Position numbers and translations under genes: made by a program. The notes beneath the pieces are model-generated. The model was not told where the DNA came from, searched no databases, and saw only the letters and a program-made list of their open reading frames with translations. A stretch of 64,000 bases of DNA from Amoeboaphelidium protococcarum X5. Lineage: Eukaryota > Fungi > Aphelidiomycota. Position 1 is the stretch's first letter. Every line of letters starts with the position of its first letter. Where the stretch lies: NCBI GenBank assembly GCA_023515725.1, contig JALDTO010000181.1, forward strand, positions 1-64,000. The letters run 5' to 3'. Shown here piece by piece: positions 1 to 13,708 of this stretch.

Positions 1-233
1 GTTGAAATTGAACTTGAAATTGTTATAGCAGAGAATAAAGGCCATGTCCGCAAAGAAGTAGTCACTGAGTACCCATAAGCTTCATTTGTATAGTGCGGCT
101 AGAAATAGATGAGAAAGTACAAATACCAAATAGGATAAAATGCAATAACAACTACTAAGGATATAATGAAATAAAGTACGCGTTTAGACAATGTGTGGAT
201 AAGCAGTGACATCAACAATGATAATGATCATGC

Positions 234-2156
234 TCAGAATAAAGTCTCATTAACACCGAGAACCATTTCATGTAGACCACGACCAGCTGGCACCATTGGA
301 TAGACGTGTTCAGCCGCCTCTACTCTGCAGTCTAGAACAACAGGTCGCGATCCAGTGCCATTGTTGCCAGTATCTGCAAACAGGAACTCTTTCAGCCCCG
401 ACTCCAGATCCTACTCACGATCAATACGTAGTCCCTGGCAGTTCATACTCTCTGCCAACTTTACGAAATCTGGATTACACATCTTGGTGCCAGAGTATCG
501 ATTCTCATAAAATAGGTCCTACCACTGTCTAACCATACCTTGGAATTCATTATTAAGAATTAGCACTTTAACTCCGACATTGAATTCAGATGCAGTCATC
601 AGCTCCATACCAGTCATACTGAAAGACGCGTCTCCATCAACGTCAATTACAATGTGATCAGGTCGAGCAATTTTACAACCAATTGCAGCTGGTAGTCCAA
701 ATCCCATAGTGCCGAGACCTCCTGAAGTCACCAGTGTTCTTGGATGTCGCCATCTTATAAATTGCGCGGCCCACATTTAATGCTAGCCGACACCGGTGGT
801 GAATGTGACTCTATTCCTCTCCATCTCCTTCTGCATTAGATTATTTAACACACTCAGGACTTTCTGGGGTTTCAATGCACCAGTCTGAGACATCTCGTTC
901 TCTTCCTACGAGGTAAATGCATTATCAAATCTAAAAGGGTATTTTTATTTCCAAAACCGAATCTAATCCAGCCACTCTTTACGATCCTTCTATTCAATAT
1001 TGTGATTCTGGATCAACTACTCCAGGCCTTTACTCAAATCTCCTTCCACGGAGCACGTCACACCGACAATCTTGCCAATATTCTTTGGACTGATATCAAA
1101 TTGCACGATACCACCTCTCCCCTCCTATTCAGCACGTCTAGCTTCTGGTGCAAACTTGTTCAATGCACCAGTGACTCTATCATCGAAACGCGCACCCAGA
1201 CTAATGATCAAATCGGCATTCTACATTGCCAAGTTGGCATAAGCTGCACCGTGCATACCTAACATGTGAAGAGATAATGGATGCATCTCATCAAATGCAC
1301 CCATCCCCTGTATAGTCGTGGTGACAGGTATACTTGCTTTAATGGCCAATTCACGCAAAAGTCTTACAGAATCAGGTGAACTGATAGCTCCATTACCAGC
1401 ATATATAACAGGTCTCTAGGCCTTGTTAATCAGAAAAGCCACGTATTCAATGTCTTGCAGCCACTACTACCTCTTATCATCCTCTCTATGCTTGATATGC
1501 ACACCTGGCACGGATATCTCGTCACAGGTCTCCTTGCGCAAAACATTGGCGCCCACATCCTTAGGTAAATCAACCAATACAGGACCAGGCCGTCCATCCT
1601 GCGCAATGTAAAAAGCTTCATTCAAAAGTCGTGGGAGATCTGCAACGTCCTTGCACATAACATTCCACTTGGTACATGCACGCGTTATTCCAATGACATC
1701 AGCTTCCTGGAAAGCATCCGTACCAAGAGAGGATGTCGGCACTTGGCCACTAACACACACCATGGGAATACCATCAGAAAGCGCATCTTGCATCGGGGTG
1801 ACGCAATTAGTAGCACCGGGACCACTGGTCAGTAGAACAACAGAAGGCTTTCCCGTACATCGCGCATAACCCTCAGCCATATGTCCGGCACCTTGCTCAT
1901 GACGCGGTAGAACAAGCTGAAAGTGTGGAGACTCATAGATTGCATCAAATACAGGCAGAATAGCACCACCCGGATATCCAAATACGTGTTTTACACCCTA
2001 CTTCCTCATAACCTCATGAAATATCTATCCACCAGTCATTCCTTTATATGATATCTTGGTCAAGGCTTGAACATCCGGTTGATGAGTAATAGTTTCCACC
2101 GGTAATGGCTTTGTCTTCAGAGCGCTAAACTGTCTCCGAATACCTAGATTTATCAT
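234..2156 (-). CDS. ILV2: Acetolactate synthase catalytic subunit, mitochondrial (640 aa, no introns, TAR=Gln)
   Basis: Continuous frame ATG2156 to TGA234 when TAR=Q. Motifs [42 protein letters not shown] (both Q are TAG/TAA), GDASFSM...NN. Confidence 0.97.
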
Positions 2157-2532
2157 GATCCCCTCTCTATAATATTTCCAAGTATTAATATATCTAAATA
2201 TTCTAATGCAAGTAAGCTCACAGTGGACGATTAAAGGAATAAGAGAGGAAAGTCAGTGGATGTTGAAATTTCATTCGGCGTTTATTGCCGCAGCCTCTCA
2301 ACTCTCTCTCGCCTCAATACGTCCGACCGACCAATCGATCTCTTTGAAAACTGTTACGCCGCACTCCTGTTTCAAACACGCGACTTTATACACGCACATT
2401 ACTGTAAACAGAGATGCATCTAAGATTTCTTATCGTATTTACCCTATACCTTATAGCTGATATTGTTTTTAGAAAGTAGAAAATATAAAGAGTACTTGAT
2501 ATTCAAATAGATATTCAATTGCATTATTATCA

Positions 2533-3618
2533 TCATGACTCTTCTTCAACGAGGGGCGGCATACAATACTCGACAAACAGATTCTGGTCATGATAAGGGA
2601 TCATCAACTACAAGCTCATCACTCCAATAGCATTGATACGAATAGCAACCTTGAATGCAAAGTTTAAAGCATTGAGACAGAGAGGAATAAATGACGGGAG
2701 ATACGAGTTCATACTGGGAACTTGACACGCGTAAAACTCGATAACATTCTTCTCAAAATCCATAATCACTTTGGCATCATCGACATTGGACTGACCACTG
2801 ACAGAGATCACTGGATCCACAGCTCTTGTCTCAAAGCGGACAAATTTGGCATTCTACATTTCTTTCAGAGCCTCTTTCAGCCATTGAGCCTACAATATTC
2901 ATTCATAATAAATCACCACATGGCGATGTATCAAATAATCATAATGTCATAATATAATACGCGACACATATATATTACCTTGAGAATAACGCGACAAACT
3001 GTCGGATGAGAGTCAAACGCGAAACGAGAAATTTGTTCATTGGAATACGTTGCAAACTTGCACACTGTGGTCAGACATCCACTATCATCCACTACTCTAC
3101 ACACTTAATATTAATATTATAAGGAATTTGACGGTATAATATTATAATCTTACATTAAATCAAAGTGATCTTATTCAATGATAATATTTAAAGCAGGATC
3201 TCCACCAATGACGGATCGTGGGTGATCATTCTTTTACAATGAATATGAAGAAGATGATGATGATGAAACTTGCTTGCTGAACAGAGTCAAGCAGTCCAAC
3301 ATTTGGGTGAGGTTGAACGTTACAGATACATCATCAATAGGCTAATCGTTCTACTGTCCATTTAAATTGAATTCACCAAATAATTTCCTTTCAATAAAAC
3401 TGCAAGCTTGTAAAGACGACGTGACCTGTGCAATGAACTTGAGACCACTCTCAGACGCTATACACGTAACAACCTACATACATACATTTAAGTGAATTCG
3501 TTAATTTAAACTTGATAGCAAGAGACGTTTAAATTCATACTTCACTCTGTAATGGTTTCAGAGCAATCACCAATATTTTAACATTATCCAGTGATGCTTC
3601 CACTCTTTATATTGTCAT
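2533..3618 (-). CDS. RAD1: 9-1-1 checkpoint clamp subunit Rad1 (S. cerevisiae Rad17 type), 4 exons, 290 aa
   Basis: Exons 3618-3541, 3473-3154, 3096-2979, 2889-2533 joined by GT-AG introns of 67, 57 and 89 nt stay in frame. N-terminus EASLDNVKILVIALK; C-terminus KVAIRINAIGVMSLQLMI...FVEYCMPP, typical of Rad1/Rec1. Confidence 0.85.
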
Positions 3619-3822
3619 TATGAGATTCCAGTGTGTAATAAGTACACTGTAGTTGAATAACGCGTTAAACAGCCTCTCAGTCGAAACAAATGAAAAGTTG
3701 AAAAATCGTTATGACACTTCTGTCCCGCTGAAAGTATAAAAAAGATCTTAGTAGGTTTATTTCCAAGTGAAGATAGAGATAGTTTATTCGCGTTTTACTA
3801 ATTATTACAAATCTAATATAGT

Positions 3823-4989
3823 ATGGTGTAAGAGAGTGAACGCAAATGCTAGAAGCTTGTCCTGGATTCCGGTGCTATTATTCGCGGAGATGACTCGATA
3901 TTTAATCTATCACGAGAGTACTTCACTATTCCTGAGGTGTTGAGTGAATTAAAAGATGGTAAAGTGCGCGAAAGGTTGGATAGATTGCCATTTGATATCA
4001 AAGTATAATCACCTTCAGCCAAGTCTATAGCACGCGTATTGCAGTTTGCAAAAGGCACTGGTGATTATTCAGTTCTCTCCCAGGTGGATTTACGCGTCAT
4101 TGCTCTTACTCTTGATCTGCACGGTGAATTACATGGCGAGTCGACTGTCAATTTCACTCCTTTGCAAGCTCATACGCGCGCCGGTGGTAGTGTCGTTGGT
4201 AATTAGAAATCTGTATCAAGTTGGCGACCAACTCAGTAACTGAATGAAGATGTTGCGGAATAGATATAAAAGTTATCTGTCAATGATGAGGATTCCAAGA
4301 TCGATCCTACTTAGAGTGGCAATCAAGATGATAAGACCGCTGCAGATAAAGATTCAAATGGTATTGAGAGCGACGATAGTGATGGATGGATAACACCTTA
4401 GAATTATAAAACTGTCAATGGCTCTGTCGCTGTTAAAGATCTCACACCTCTAGTCCAAGTGCAATGTATGACTACCGATTACGCAATGTAGAATGTCTTG
4501 TTGTAGATGAAACTCGGTGTTGTCAGTGTTGATGGTTTGCGTATTACACAGCTGAAATCGTCGGTTCTGCGATGTCATGGATGCTTTCATGTGACCAAAG
4601 ATATGGACAAGAAATTCTGTCCCAAGTGTGGTGGCAATACTTTGATTCGTACCAGCATGTCTGTCGATCCGTAAACTGGCGAGGTAGTGTATCATTTAAA
4701 AAGGAATTTTCAGTATCGTGTGAGAGGTACTGTGTACTCGATTCCTGAGGCTAAAGGTGGTCGTGATGGTGACATGGTTCTCCGTGAAGATTAGAAAGAG
4801 TTTCAGCGCGCGACGCATTAGCGAAAACGAGAGGAGCAAAAATTGGAAAAGGTGCTCCTATCTGGTCAAGCATACGATGATTACGATTTGGATCTCTTTT
4901 CTGGAAAAGGTGGACGTGGGCGTGTACAAGGTGTAAATGGCACTATTGGTTATGGTCGACGTAATCCTAACGAGAAGAGAAGGAAATGA
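3823..4989 (+). CDS. NOB1: 20S pre-rRNA D-site endonuclease Nob1 (PIN + Zn ribbon), 388 aa
   Basis: LVLDSGAII, TIPEVLSEL, GTGDYSVLSQVDL, TTDYAMQNVL, LRCHGCF, FCPKCGGNTL, RGTVYSIP; ends in TGA. Confidence 0.96.
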
Positions 4990-5061
4990 AAAATGAAAGT
5001 CTCTTTCCGACGTGATTGATCAAGGATATATTCATTGTGGTACGTACTTCGTATACATTTC

Positions 5062-8000
5062 TCATTATCTTGATGTTTGAAAGTGCTTTAGTAGATCGTA
5101 TTCTCCCTCAGATGGAGCCTTGTCTGACCAGCGATGATAATACAAGGTCAATACTTCCTGAGCCAGACTTGAGTTCTTGGTGGACACACATTGCTCTATG
5201 ATATTATCCACGCAGTCTTGATTTACCATACAGTGCACAAACTCTTGTCTTAGCTCCTGATTGAAATAGACCAGCCTGAACAACTTTCTTTCATTTATGA
5301 ATTGAAAAGCAGCACAGAGGATAATAGGAGAGCTTATTACAATTCCAGATGAAGTGACGAGTGAATTCTCAAATAAACTTTCCAACTCGGCCCTATCAGA
5401 AGTGCTTAATGCTTCTCCGGCTTGCCGATTGACAATAGTCTAATCATAATGGACAAGAAGTTGTAATATTGCCAACTTATCAGCTAATCCGTACTACGCA
5501 ATACTTTCCAAGACAGTGTCCAAAGGCAAAGAAGAATCGGCAGGTTGCAGAGATATCAAAAGAGATTGTAGCGTTGTATACACGTCCAGTCCTTATATTA
5601 TCTCAATGGCACACACGCACTTTACCAAAATACTATGCAGAATATCCGACTACTTCTACAAAGTATCAGCCTTATTGAGACGTTCCAATAGAGGCACAAC
5701 GAAACGAATTTGCTTCTAATCAATCAGTTTAAGGAGCAGCTTTTTCCATAAAGCCAAGTCTTGAAAACAATTATAATCTACCAAAAGATTACAAATAAAC
5801 TAGACCACCTTCCGCTCCTCACTTCTATTCACCCAGAGGGAGCGAGCAAACGCCACTTTATCGAGCTTATACAACTCTCTTGTGCGCACAGATATCTTCA
5901 AATCTTCGCAATCAGCTAGATAGAGTAGAATTTGGAGATAACTGCAGATATCAGTGTACTTGTGAATTCTGTTAATCTCTTCTGAAGAATTAACTTTAAG
6001 TAACACTATAATCGCGCGAATTCTGATCATTGTTGATATCTTAGTGGATTAATCATACGCAGTCTTGAGTAAATGGTTAATTCTAACCTCCGTACTTAGA
6101 TGTGTGACTATACGAATCAGTTGTTCTTGAAGCACATACTCGACATTCTCTTAAATTCCGCATAGATTATTCTTCAACGCAATAGAAGGAAGCTCATCCT
6201 TGAAAGTTGTACGCGCAACTTTGGTCTTTATTAAATCAAGATACTGATCCGAGAGCACTTCCTGCAGATTGCATTAACTCTTCTTGCATATGAGAATGCA
6301 AACCTTCTCCACAACTTTGATATCTACTGACTGGTCAAGATGCAGCGCTTATATCAAGTCGTACGCACCCTCAAAAGTAGACATAAACTGAGTAAGCGTG
6401 AACTGTTCCAGTATTAGATCTAATTCTTTGAGAACTACCTCATTGCGCAGCTTTTGAACTAATGCGCGGCATTCCACCAAACTTTGATGCTTTTCAGCCA
6501 TACCAAGAACAGCTTTAAGTGCTTATACCTTCTATGCCAATTTTCCTTGGCCAGTTACAACCATACTATAACAAGCCTCCAAGCCTGATGGTATATTCTT
6601 GAGCTTGTTCAGCAAAAGCTTAAACTCTGCAACTTCAAAAGTGGAAGAGTTAATCATCGACTTTATTGTACAAATGTAAAACTTATCCTAACCCAAGCCA
6701 AGAGGTACAGACAACGGCAATAGCTGGTACAGTGTACTCAGACTTAATTCCTTCTCCAAGACAAGCCACGGATTCATCACAAGAACATGGTACGGCAATC
6801 TTTCCAAAGACCTCGTATCGCATTACTCTGTGGCCAACAGAACATCTGATTGATAGTCCTTTTTATATGCTCGCTTGTAGGACTTGAGAATATCCAAGAT
6901 CAGCTCGCCCTTCGTTGATATATCATCATTAGGATCAAGCAACTTAACAAGCTCAAATATAGTGCCAATCTTCTCGTAATCAAATGGAGAGCAAGACTAC
7001 TACGCAAATTTGATGATGTCCAGTAGAGGAGCCCTCTGATCAACAGACAATGCCGCGGCAATCAGTTATGTCTTGTACTAATCCAAATCTGGACACTCTT
7101 GAAGCATTAACTGAACATATGAATACAATGGCTGATCACTTTCAATATTTAAATCATCGCAGTATTAAACAATCAGCTGCAGATCATAATTAGTGCATCT
7201 GAGCAGGACGGGGATAAGGGACTTGACGTACTCAGGGTCACTGCGAAATCTATCCTCCACAAAATCAATTTGCAAAGAAGTCAATCGCTGCCACCATTTA
7301 GCATTGCGAATTAGAGTCTCCAACTATACACTAAAGCTCCTCTGCTACCACAACAAAGCCGCACCAACACCTACCTCAGCAATTAATTATAGACGACCAA
7401 ATTCTTTGTTCACATGTGCCAATGCATTCTTTATACAATCAAATCCACTTCTTTGCGGCAATGATAGAAGAAGTTAAAGAGCAAGTTACTGATCCACTTT
7501 CTCACATGTAAAGATCTTCAATAGCTGACGCTAAGCAACCTTCTCCAACAATGTAATGCAGTCCTCTTGCAAGCATTGCTTTGATAGTAGTTCCAGCATT
7601 ATCGCAGTCTCAGCCAGCAAAGAAGACCTGTTCAAATCAAAGAAAGATACAACGTCAGAACAAGCAATGTCAGGCTCAGCAGCTTTCTTTGAAGAGATTT
7701 TCTTATCTTTGTTAGATGAAAATTGAAGACGTTGCATGATAAAGCCAAGCACAAGATTGCACGCCTCTTTAGTATTGACAATCAACGATTGATCATCATA
7801 CTGTTCACCAAACAAGATACTTCTCATTCTATTCATCACATCCACCTAAGATGATGATGAATACCCAGTGATGGACGACTAATAACTACCTTAGACACTG
7901 GTTTGATAAACAATAGAGAAGAACTCGACACTTTGCAGAAAGAATAGCCATTTAGATATATCATGCTCGCCACCATTTTATAAGCTACTATTCAGTACTG

Positions 8001-11000
8001 CTTATAAGGCATCAAGAACGGACAAACTAAAACCACCATCATTACCACTGATAGAAGCTCGGAGTATCAACGCTATTAATTCATCAAAGATTTCTACTTT
8101 GCAGTTCTAGAGAGAACCCATCTATGAAATCAAAAGATCCATCGGAAGATTTTCAGTCGTTACAGCCAAGCTTTGCAACTACGCAGCAACACAATCTTCT
8201 ACGCCCAGATCGATAAGATAACACAATCTGCTTTATTCAGCCGACGATATTACATAACTTTTCTTCATGAAATAATCAGCAAGCTTTGATTTTCTGACGT
8301 CTGAGCATTTAAAATCATCTTCTGTCAAAGAGATATCAAACTCATCCTTCAAAGAAATAATCTTACTAGTGACACTACCAAGACTCTACATAGATTATAG
8401 AAACTCTTCTCCAGCACACTTGATCTATTACGACTCGCATACGGCAGATGCTAAAATATTCAGTTACTTCACAAATGAGAGGCTCACTTATTCATTACTT
8501 CGAATAGATTTTAAACGCAGATACTCGATGCTCTCTTCAACCACCAAGACAAAGAATCTAGACGGAACCTTAGACAAAACAAAGCAGACTTCATCGCCAC
8601 TCAATTTTGATCCACAGCATTTTAATATGTCAACCAGAATCTCTCTCTATAAATCATCAGCCAGGTGAGAAAAGAGAATCTCCAAATCTTAGTAAATGTC
8701 TTGCACAGACTTTTGAATGCACATTGAACGAAATACTTTTCTAGCCACAGCTTTATCCGTAAAGTCGACACCGTGGTAGCCATGATTCCATAGGATCTAC
8801 TTGCACTTCAGAATACTAATCAAATCTCTAGTTTCCTCGTCCTCTACAACATCAATACCATTTATAAAGTTTTGCATATCCTAGCTTAAAGGTACCTTTG
8901 CACATTATAGATATGACATCTAACACTAAAAGCGAGAGGTGTCATCTGATATCAAAGACAATATGCAGTAAACACGTTCCTCATCAAATTCCATAGCAAC
9001 TCCAAACGATTAAATTATACATTAGCAATACTTAAGTAAAACATCATCTTTTGACACTTAAAATTAAGCAAGCATACTACAGAAACTTTCGTCTTGTACC
9101 GCCTGCTTCAGGGAGTCTATAGTTGTAAATGAGTCCAATACTTTACAGACTAGATCAATAGAATTTAAAGATAAATATTCTTGGTGAACTTCCAATCGAA
9201 GCTAAAGCCCTTTCTCCAATGCCATTATTGCATTCATATTGCACTACAACTAGTACAAATTTTAGAGAGACTGCGGCCTCTAAATCACCAAAAACGGCTA
9301 CATTGACTGCATTTTAACATAGTCACCAGGAGTGATACATCCATTGTCTACATCCTGAGAGTCTGGAACAGATTACAGAAATTTTAAAGCCTCTTCCAGT
9401 GATCTCTCGGATATCCTCAAACATTAATCATAGGCCCAATGAGACAGCTCGTCCAGGATGGCAAGATCTTTTTTGGCAGCCGGTGTGATATGCATACTTA
9501 ACAACTTGCTATAACGCATTACATTAATCTCACCAGAAATCGCATAGAGAAACTATTTCAAATCTCCGGCCAGCCACTAAAAGTCTCGTTGATGATGTCG
9601 AATCAGAATAATATCAAGAGAATTGAAATCCTTTTATGACACTAGTTGCAGCAGAATCTCAATCCATGACTAGGATCGGAAATCAGTCCATTGTCTTACA
9701 TCTACTTCTTTACCATGCAGTATGAAGAAAGTCTCAAACTTGCGCTTCAAGTCAGCGAAAGCCTCGCTAACAGTAGGGGAGAGTGTAACACCAGATATTT
9801 TACCGTGGATAACATTCAAAATAACTTACAGCTATTTGAGCGATGCAGGAATATAACTCTAACAAGCTTTACACATAACCTCAACACAATTCAGAGCTTC
9901 AGCATTTAAAAGTATCCATTCGAGTAGTTTAGGGCCGCTAGATCCATTAATATCCGCTTGACGAAGGATTATGTCAAAATCAATGCCTTGCTCTCGAGAA
10001 ACTTAGTGAGCAACATCAAATTACTCGGCATCTATAAGATAAAGAACATTCTAGACAGGATCAGTATTAAATTCTAGCTCTAAAAGCTATATACTTAACG
10101 AGGATTATAAGCTTCTTATTCTAAAAGCCAAAAGTTGGCTGCCAAAAGAGCGGATGAATAAGCTAGACTCCTCTATATTACAAGCCCAAATCTTATGGCT
10201 GACATTCTTTAGCTCATACAAAGCAAATTTCCCATCAATCATTTCGATAAATATCAGCTACTTGCCATCATGAACGAAGGATTTGAAGGATTAAACACCA
10301 CTAAATAGCTACTTCAATAATGTGGCGCGACGACGATCAAAGATAAATAAATCTCCATTTTGAGTAAGCAGCAACAATTATCGTGCATCAAGTACATTCA
10401 CACTCTTAAGTTGCATATCCGTGAATTATGAGCAGTCAAATTACCTAACTAATTCAAACCGAGATTCTACAATACGAGCTACAACAAGTTAGCCATCAGA
10501 CACCAAAAGCACTTCTCCGTCAGCATACGTGACCGACAATAACTATCCCTTGACATAGCAACTTAAATCAGTAGCATGTTGTTTCTATACATTAAGAGTC
10601 AGCTCATTTAGACATACATGTTCAGGCAATATAACGCAATGATAATCGTCAAACACCACCAAAATACATCCCAAGTCACTGCAAATCGTCAGAAATAAAA
10701 CATAGCGTTCCAAATGAACTTCCTTCACAATGATGCAATCTTCAACATTAAGAGTCCTGAGAACATTCTGTTAGTCAACTAGAATCAGATGCTTTCCGTC
10801 TGCGGAAGGTATGGCACATTTTATGACAGACTCAAGCTTAAAAAATGGCAATAGACTGCATACATCTTCAGACAACTGGTAAACGGAACATCCAGCAACA
10901 ACATACAAATCATTGGGGCATTGCACAATACGAAAATCTTGAATATTATCAATTCCCTCCATGTCAGTGCTAAAGCGGACCTTTTGAGAGACGGATAGTT

Positions 11001-11094
11001 GCCTAGTTCCTACAACAGTATCATCAACTTTCCCAACGTCTAAGCGCCTAACTTTCATGGGTGGCCCAGCATTCTCCACATTTTCCTTCTCCAT
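5062..11094 (-). CDS. KNTC1: Rough deal / kinetochore-associated protein 1 (RZZ complex), about 2010 aa
   Basis: ATG11094 and TGA5062 are in one frame and the stretches read are open with TAR=Q. Beta-rich N-terminus followed by a long helical region; segment KFETFFILHG..WTDFR..IILIRH..ELSHWAY resembles ROD. Size fits ROD. Confidence 0.7.
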
Positions 11095-11203
11095 ATTACT
11101 GCCAATAAAATAGCTGTATTTTATAACCAGAATAGTAAGAAATATGACTGAAATAATGTTGCTCCAGGGTGAAGGTGAACAAGAAATGAAAGATCGAAAA
11201 GTG

Positions 11204-11266
11204 TGAAACGCGACTAAAGAGAACGCGATCTGAAACAGGAGAAGGAATTGTTGATGAGACACGCGC
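11204..11266. promoter_or_regulatory. Cluster of ACGCG (MCB-like) and TGAAAC words upstream of ROD
   Basis: ACGCG at 11208, 11223, 11261; TGAAAC at 11204, 11231; 110-170 nt upstream of the ROD ATG. Confidence 0.3.
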
Positions 11267-11387
11267 CTCGATCAAAGGAGCACTCCCCTCTCTCAAGGGC
11301 GGTAGTAGTCGCAGTCATATCGTGAGAAAATATTCCAATCTGATTTCGCACTCCTAAATTCGAATATATTTACTCAATATCTACAAA

Positions 11388-12131
11388 ATGAATCGGAAAT
11401 TACTCGTATCCACCCTATCTTTGATGATATCTATCTGTATCAATCTGGCGATCAGCTAACCAGTGATAACAATGACTGATTTCTCTGAGAAATTGGATCC
11501 AGAATTGGAAACTGAAGTATTACATCAACTGGCTATGGAAATGTCAGATCAGAGCACACAAGATCATCTCGCGTTAAATGATATTCTAGGCGTTGATTCC
11601 ATTGATTAATACAAAGACATGGCAAGATCAGATGGTGACGTGTTATCTTCCCTGGATTAAATCGTCTCTGCACATTAACAGTACGTGTAACGAATTTAGC
11701 CGGGAGATCTTGCTGAAAGAGCAATTCGGCGTAGAAACAATCACGCTGATTAAATGCTACAATTTGTGCCTATGCACGCTACAGGCTCTTAAGTGCTTGT
11801 ACCTCCTCAATAGTTTTAAGATGCATCTTATCGTCATGTGTCTATGAGCACTTACACGTAAAATATCATGAATTAAGAAATTCAATATTAGCGGTGTCTG
11901 GAAATATATCACTAAGAGTTATGCGAAATACAGTACTTGCATCCTGCTTTTAGAAGGCGCGGTAGAGGGGAACCACTATCAGAGATGATCCCCACTAAAG
12001 CGACTGGACATATTTTACCGCCATAGTAATCAGATCATGTGAAATCTAATTTGAAAGTTGGTGATCTCGAACATTATCGGCTATGTAATGGAAGATTTTA
12101 CAAGATCTCCAGTAGAAAAATATGCTTCTGA
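11388..12131 (+). CDS. Secreted orphan protein, 247 aa
   Basis: ATG to TGA frame with TAR=Q. Signal-peptide-like start MNRKLLVSTLSLMISICINLAIS|QP; no recognised domain. Confidence 0.7.
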
Positions 12132-12437
12132 ATGAAATGAATACTGCGAATAGAATATATGAATGAACAAGTACAACTATGATATTTGATGCGACATTTT
12201 TATTTACATTAATTCTTTTCAATGATACAGTATCATGGTAATTGTACTACTGTATTGTTACATGTCACGAAGTTACATGGTGGGTCGCGTGTCACCATGT
12301 GAATTAGCAGATCTGGATCTCGGGCAATCGGACATTTAAATTCCCAACATTGAACCCCTCTTTCATTTTCTATAAACAATATTTTTTGGTTTTGCTTATC
12401 GATAGTATTAAAAATAGAGCTAATAGATAATTACAAG

Positions 12438-13124
12438 ATGAAGGTACGATTTTGCGTTATTGCTTCTGCGTTGCTCCTGGTTAATCTTTACGCGAGACCG
12501 TAATTTGGCGATGATTTTGATGATTAGTACATGCAATCTGGCGACGAGTCTGATCTGACTGCTCAATTCCTAGACTCTGATAGCTATGGCAGTGACGAGC
12601 CGAGTCTCTTCTCTTCAGAATCGTAACAGGATTCTTATGGTGCTGGTAGCGGTTTCGGTGGAGGCGAGTCGCTGTTTGATGATGATCAACTATCAGCTTA
12701 AGGCAATTCCGGTAGACAATCGCGTTAATCACATGATATGTCTAAAGCTGCTTTGAGAAATAGCAGATTCAATCAGGAGTAAGATCCATTTTACGGGTTC
12801 GTGCCATTAGCAGAAACTGGCGAAAGACACACGAAGCCTCATTATCCTGATCAACCTGCACTCTAGCCGTAAAAGGTGATGAGTCCACAAGATCGCAAGA
12901 GATTTGAAGCTTACTAGAAGCAACACAAGAAAAGCAGAAGTGGCTAGAGATCTGGCGGTTAATCTTCTGCGCGTCCACTTAATCGCCCTCACAGCGACAT
13001 GAAAGGCCCGTCTCAGCAATCGCTTCAAGAGCAGTTTCAAAGTCGTCGCAGAAGCTATAGATAGAGAAAGAATGTGGACTACAAATCATTGAATGGTGGT
13101 TAGTCTGATGCCGAGTAACAATGA
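12438..13124 (+). CDS. Secreted disordered protein with C-terminal RRSYRQRKNVDY motif, 228 aa
   Basis: Signal peptide MKVRFCVIASALLLVNLYA|RP, acidic D/S/G-rich half, basic half; ends in TGA at 13122-13124. Confidence 0.78.
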
Positions 13125-13708
13125 TGATTTTAAGGCTTAAATTAATTGCAGTTTATTTTTTACGTTATGGTGTTTTCATTTAATTTGCATAATATGAGAT
13201 ATTCTGATTCTGAAAGACCAACTTCATCGCCCTTTCCTTACAACAGTATTTCGCATCCAAATAGTTCAAGATTAGCGGAAACACACTCAAATATCGGACC
13301 AATTATGATGAGACGCGTAACGGAAGGAAACGCCTTGAGATACTGTTCGATCACCGAAAAATGACGAGGATAACAGAATAGGAGCACTTGACAACCCGGC
13401 GGCAGACTGTGAGGCGTTTGAACTCCAACCGGTAGTAATTAAATTTTACTCTCGTCCATGTATCTATTGGAGGGAGCTTTTTCAATTCCATATATATTCA
13501 AGTTTACAGAATGTTTCCCATCATTCTTGCTCTAGTCAAAGTGCTATAACAGACGATATTCGAAATAACCACTACCAAAACCAACGCTAGTCACTGTAAT
13601 GTCGCCCCCATCCATGTGCAATATAAAGTCTTGTAAAATATTGAACAACTTTTCATCAAAATACCGAACGCAGCACCAAGGCTTCACTTAGGATTATATT
13701 ATGCTCAT
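13037..13708 (-). CDS. Small class I SAM-methyltransferase-fold protein (3' end uncertain)
   Basis: VTSVGFGSGYFEYRLL (motif I), IYGIE (motif II), VLLFCYPR, LIIIGP. The first in-frame TGA lies at 13039-13037, inside the convergent neighbour. Confidence 0.65.

Noticed and set aside
11095-11262. Hydrophobic N-terminal extension of ROD in the ORF track
   Set aside because: Starts at a non-ATG codon and covers promoter-like sequence; ATG11094 is the plausible start.
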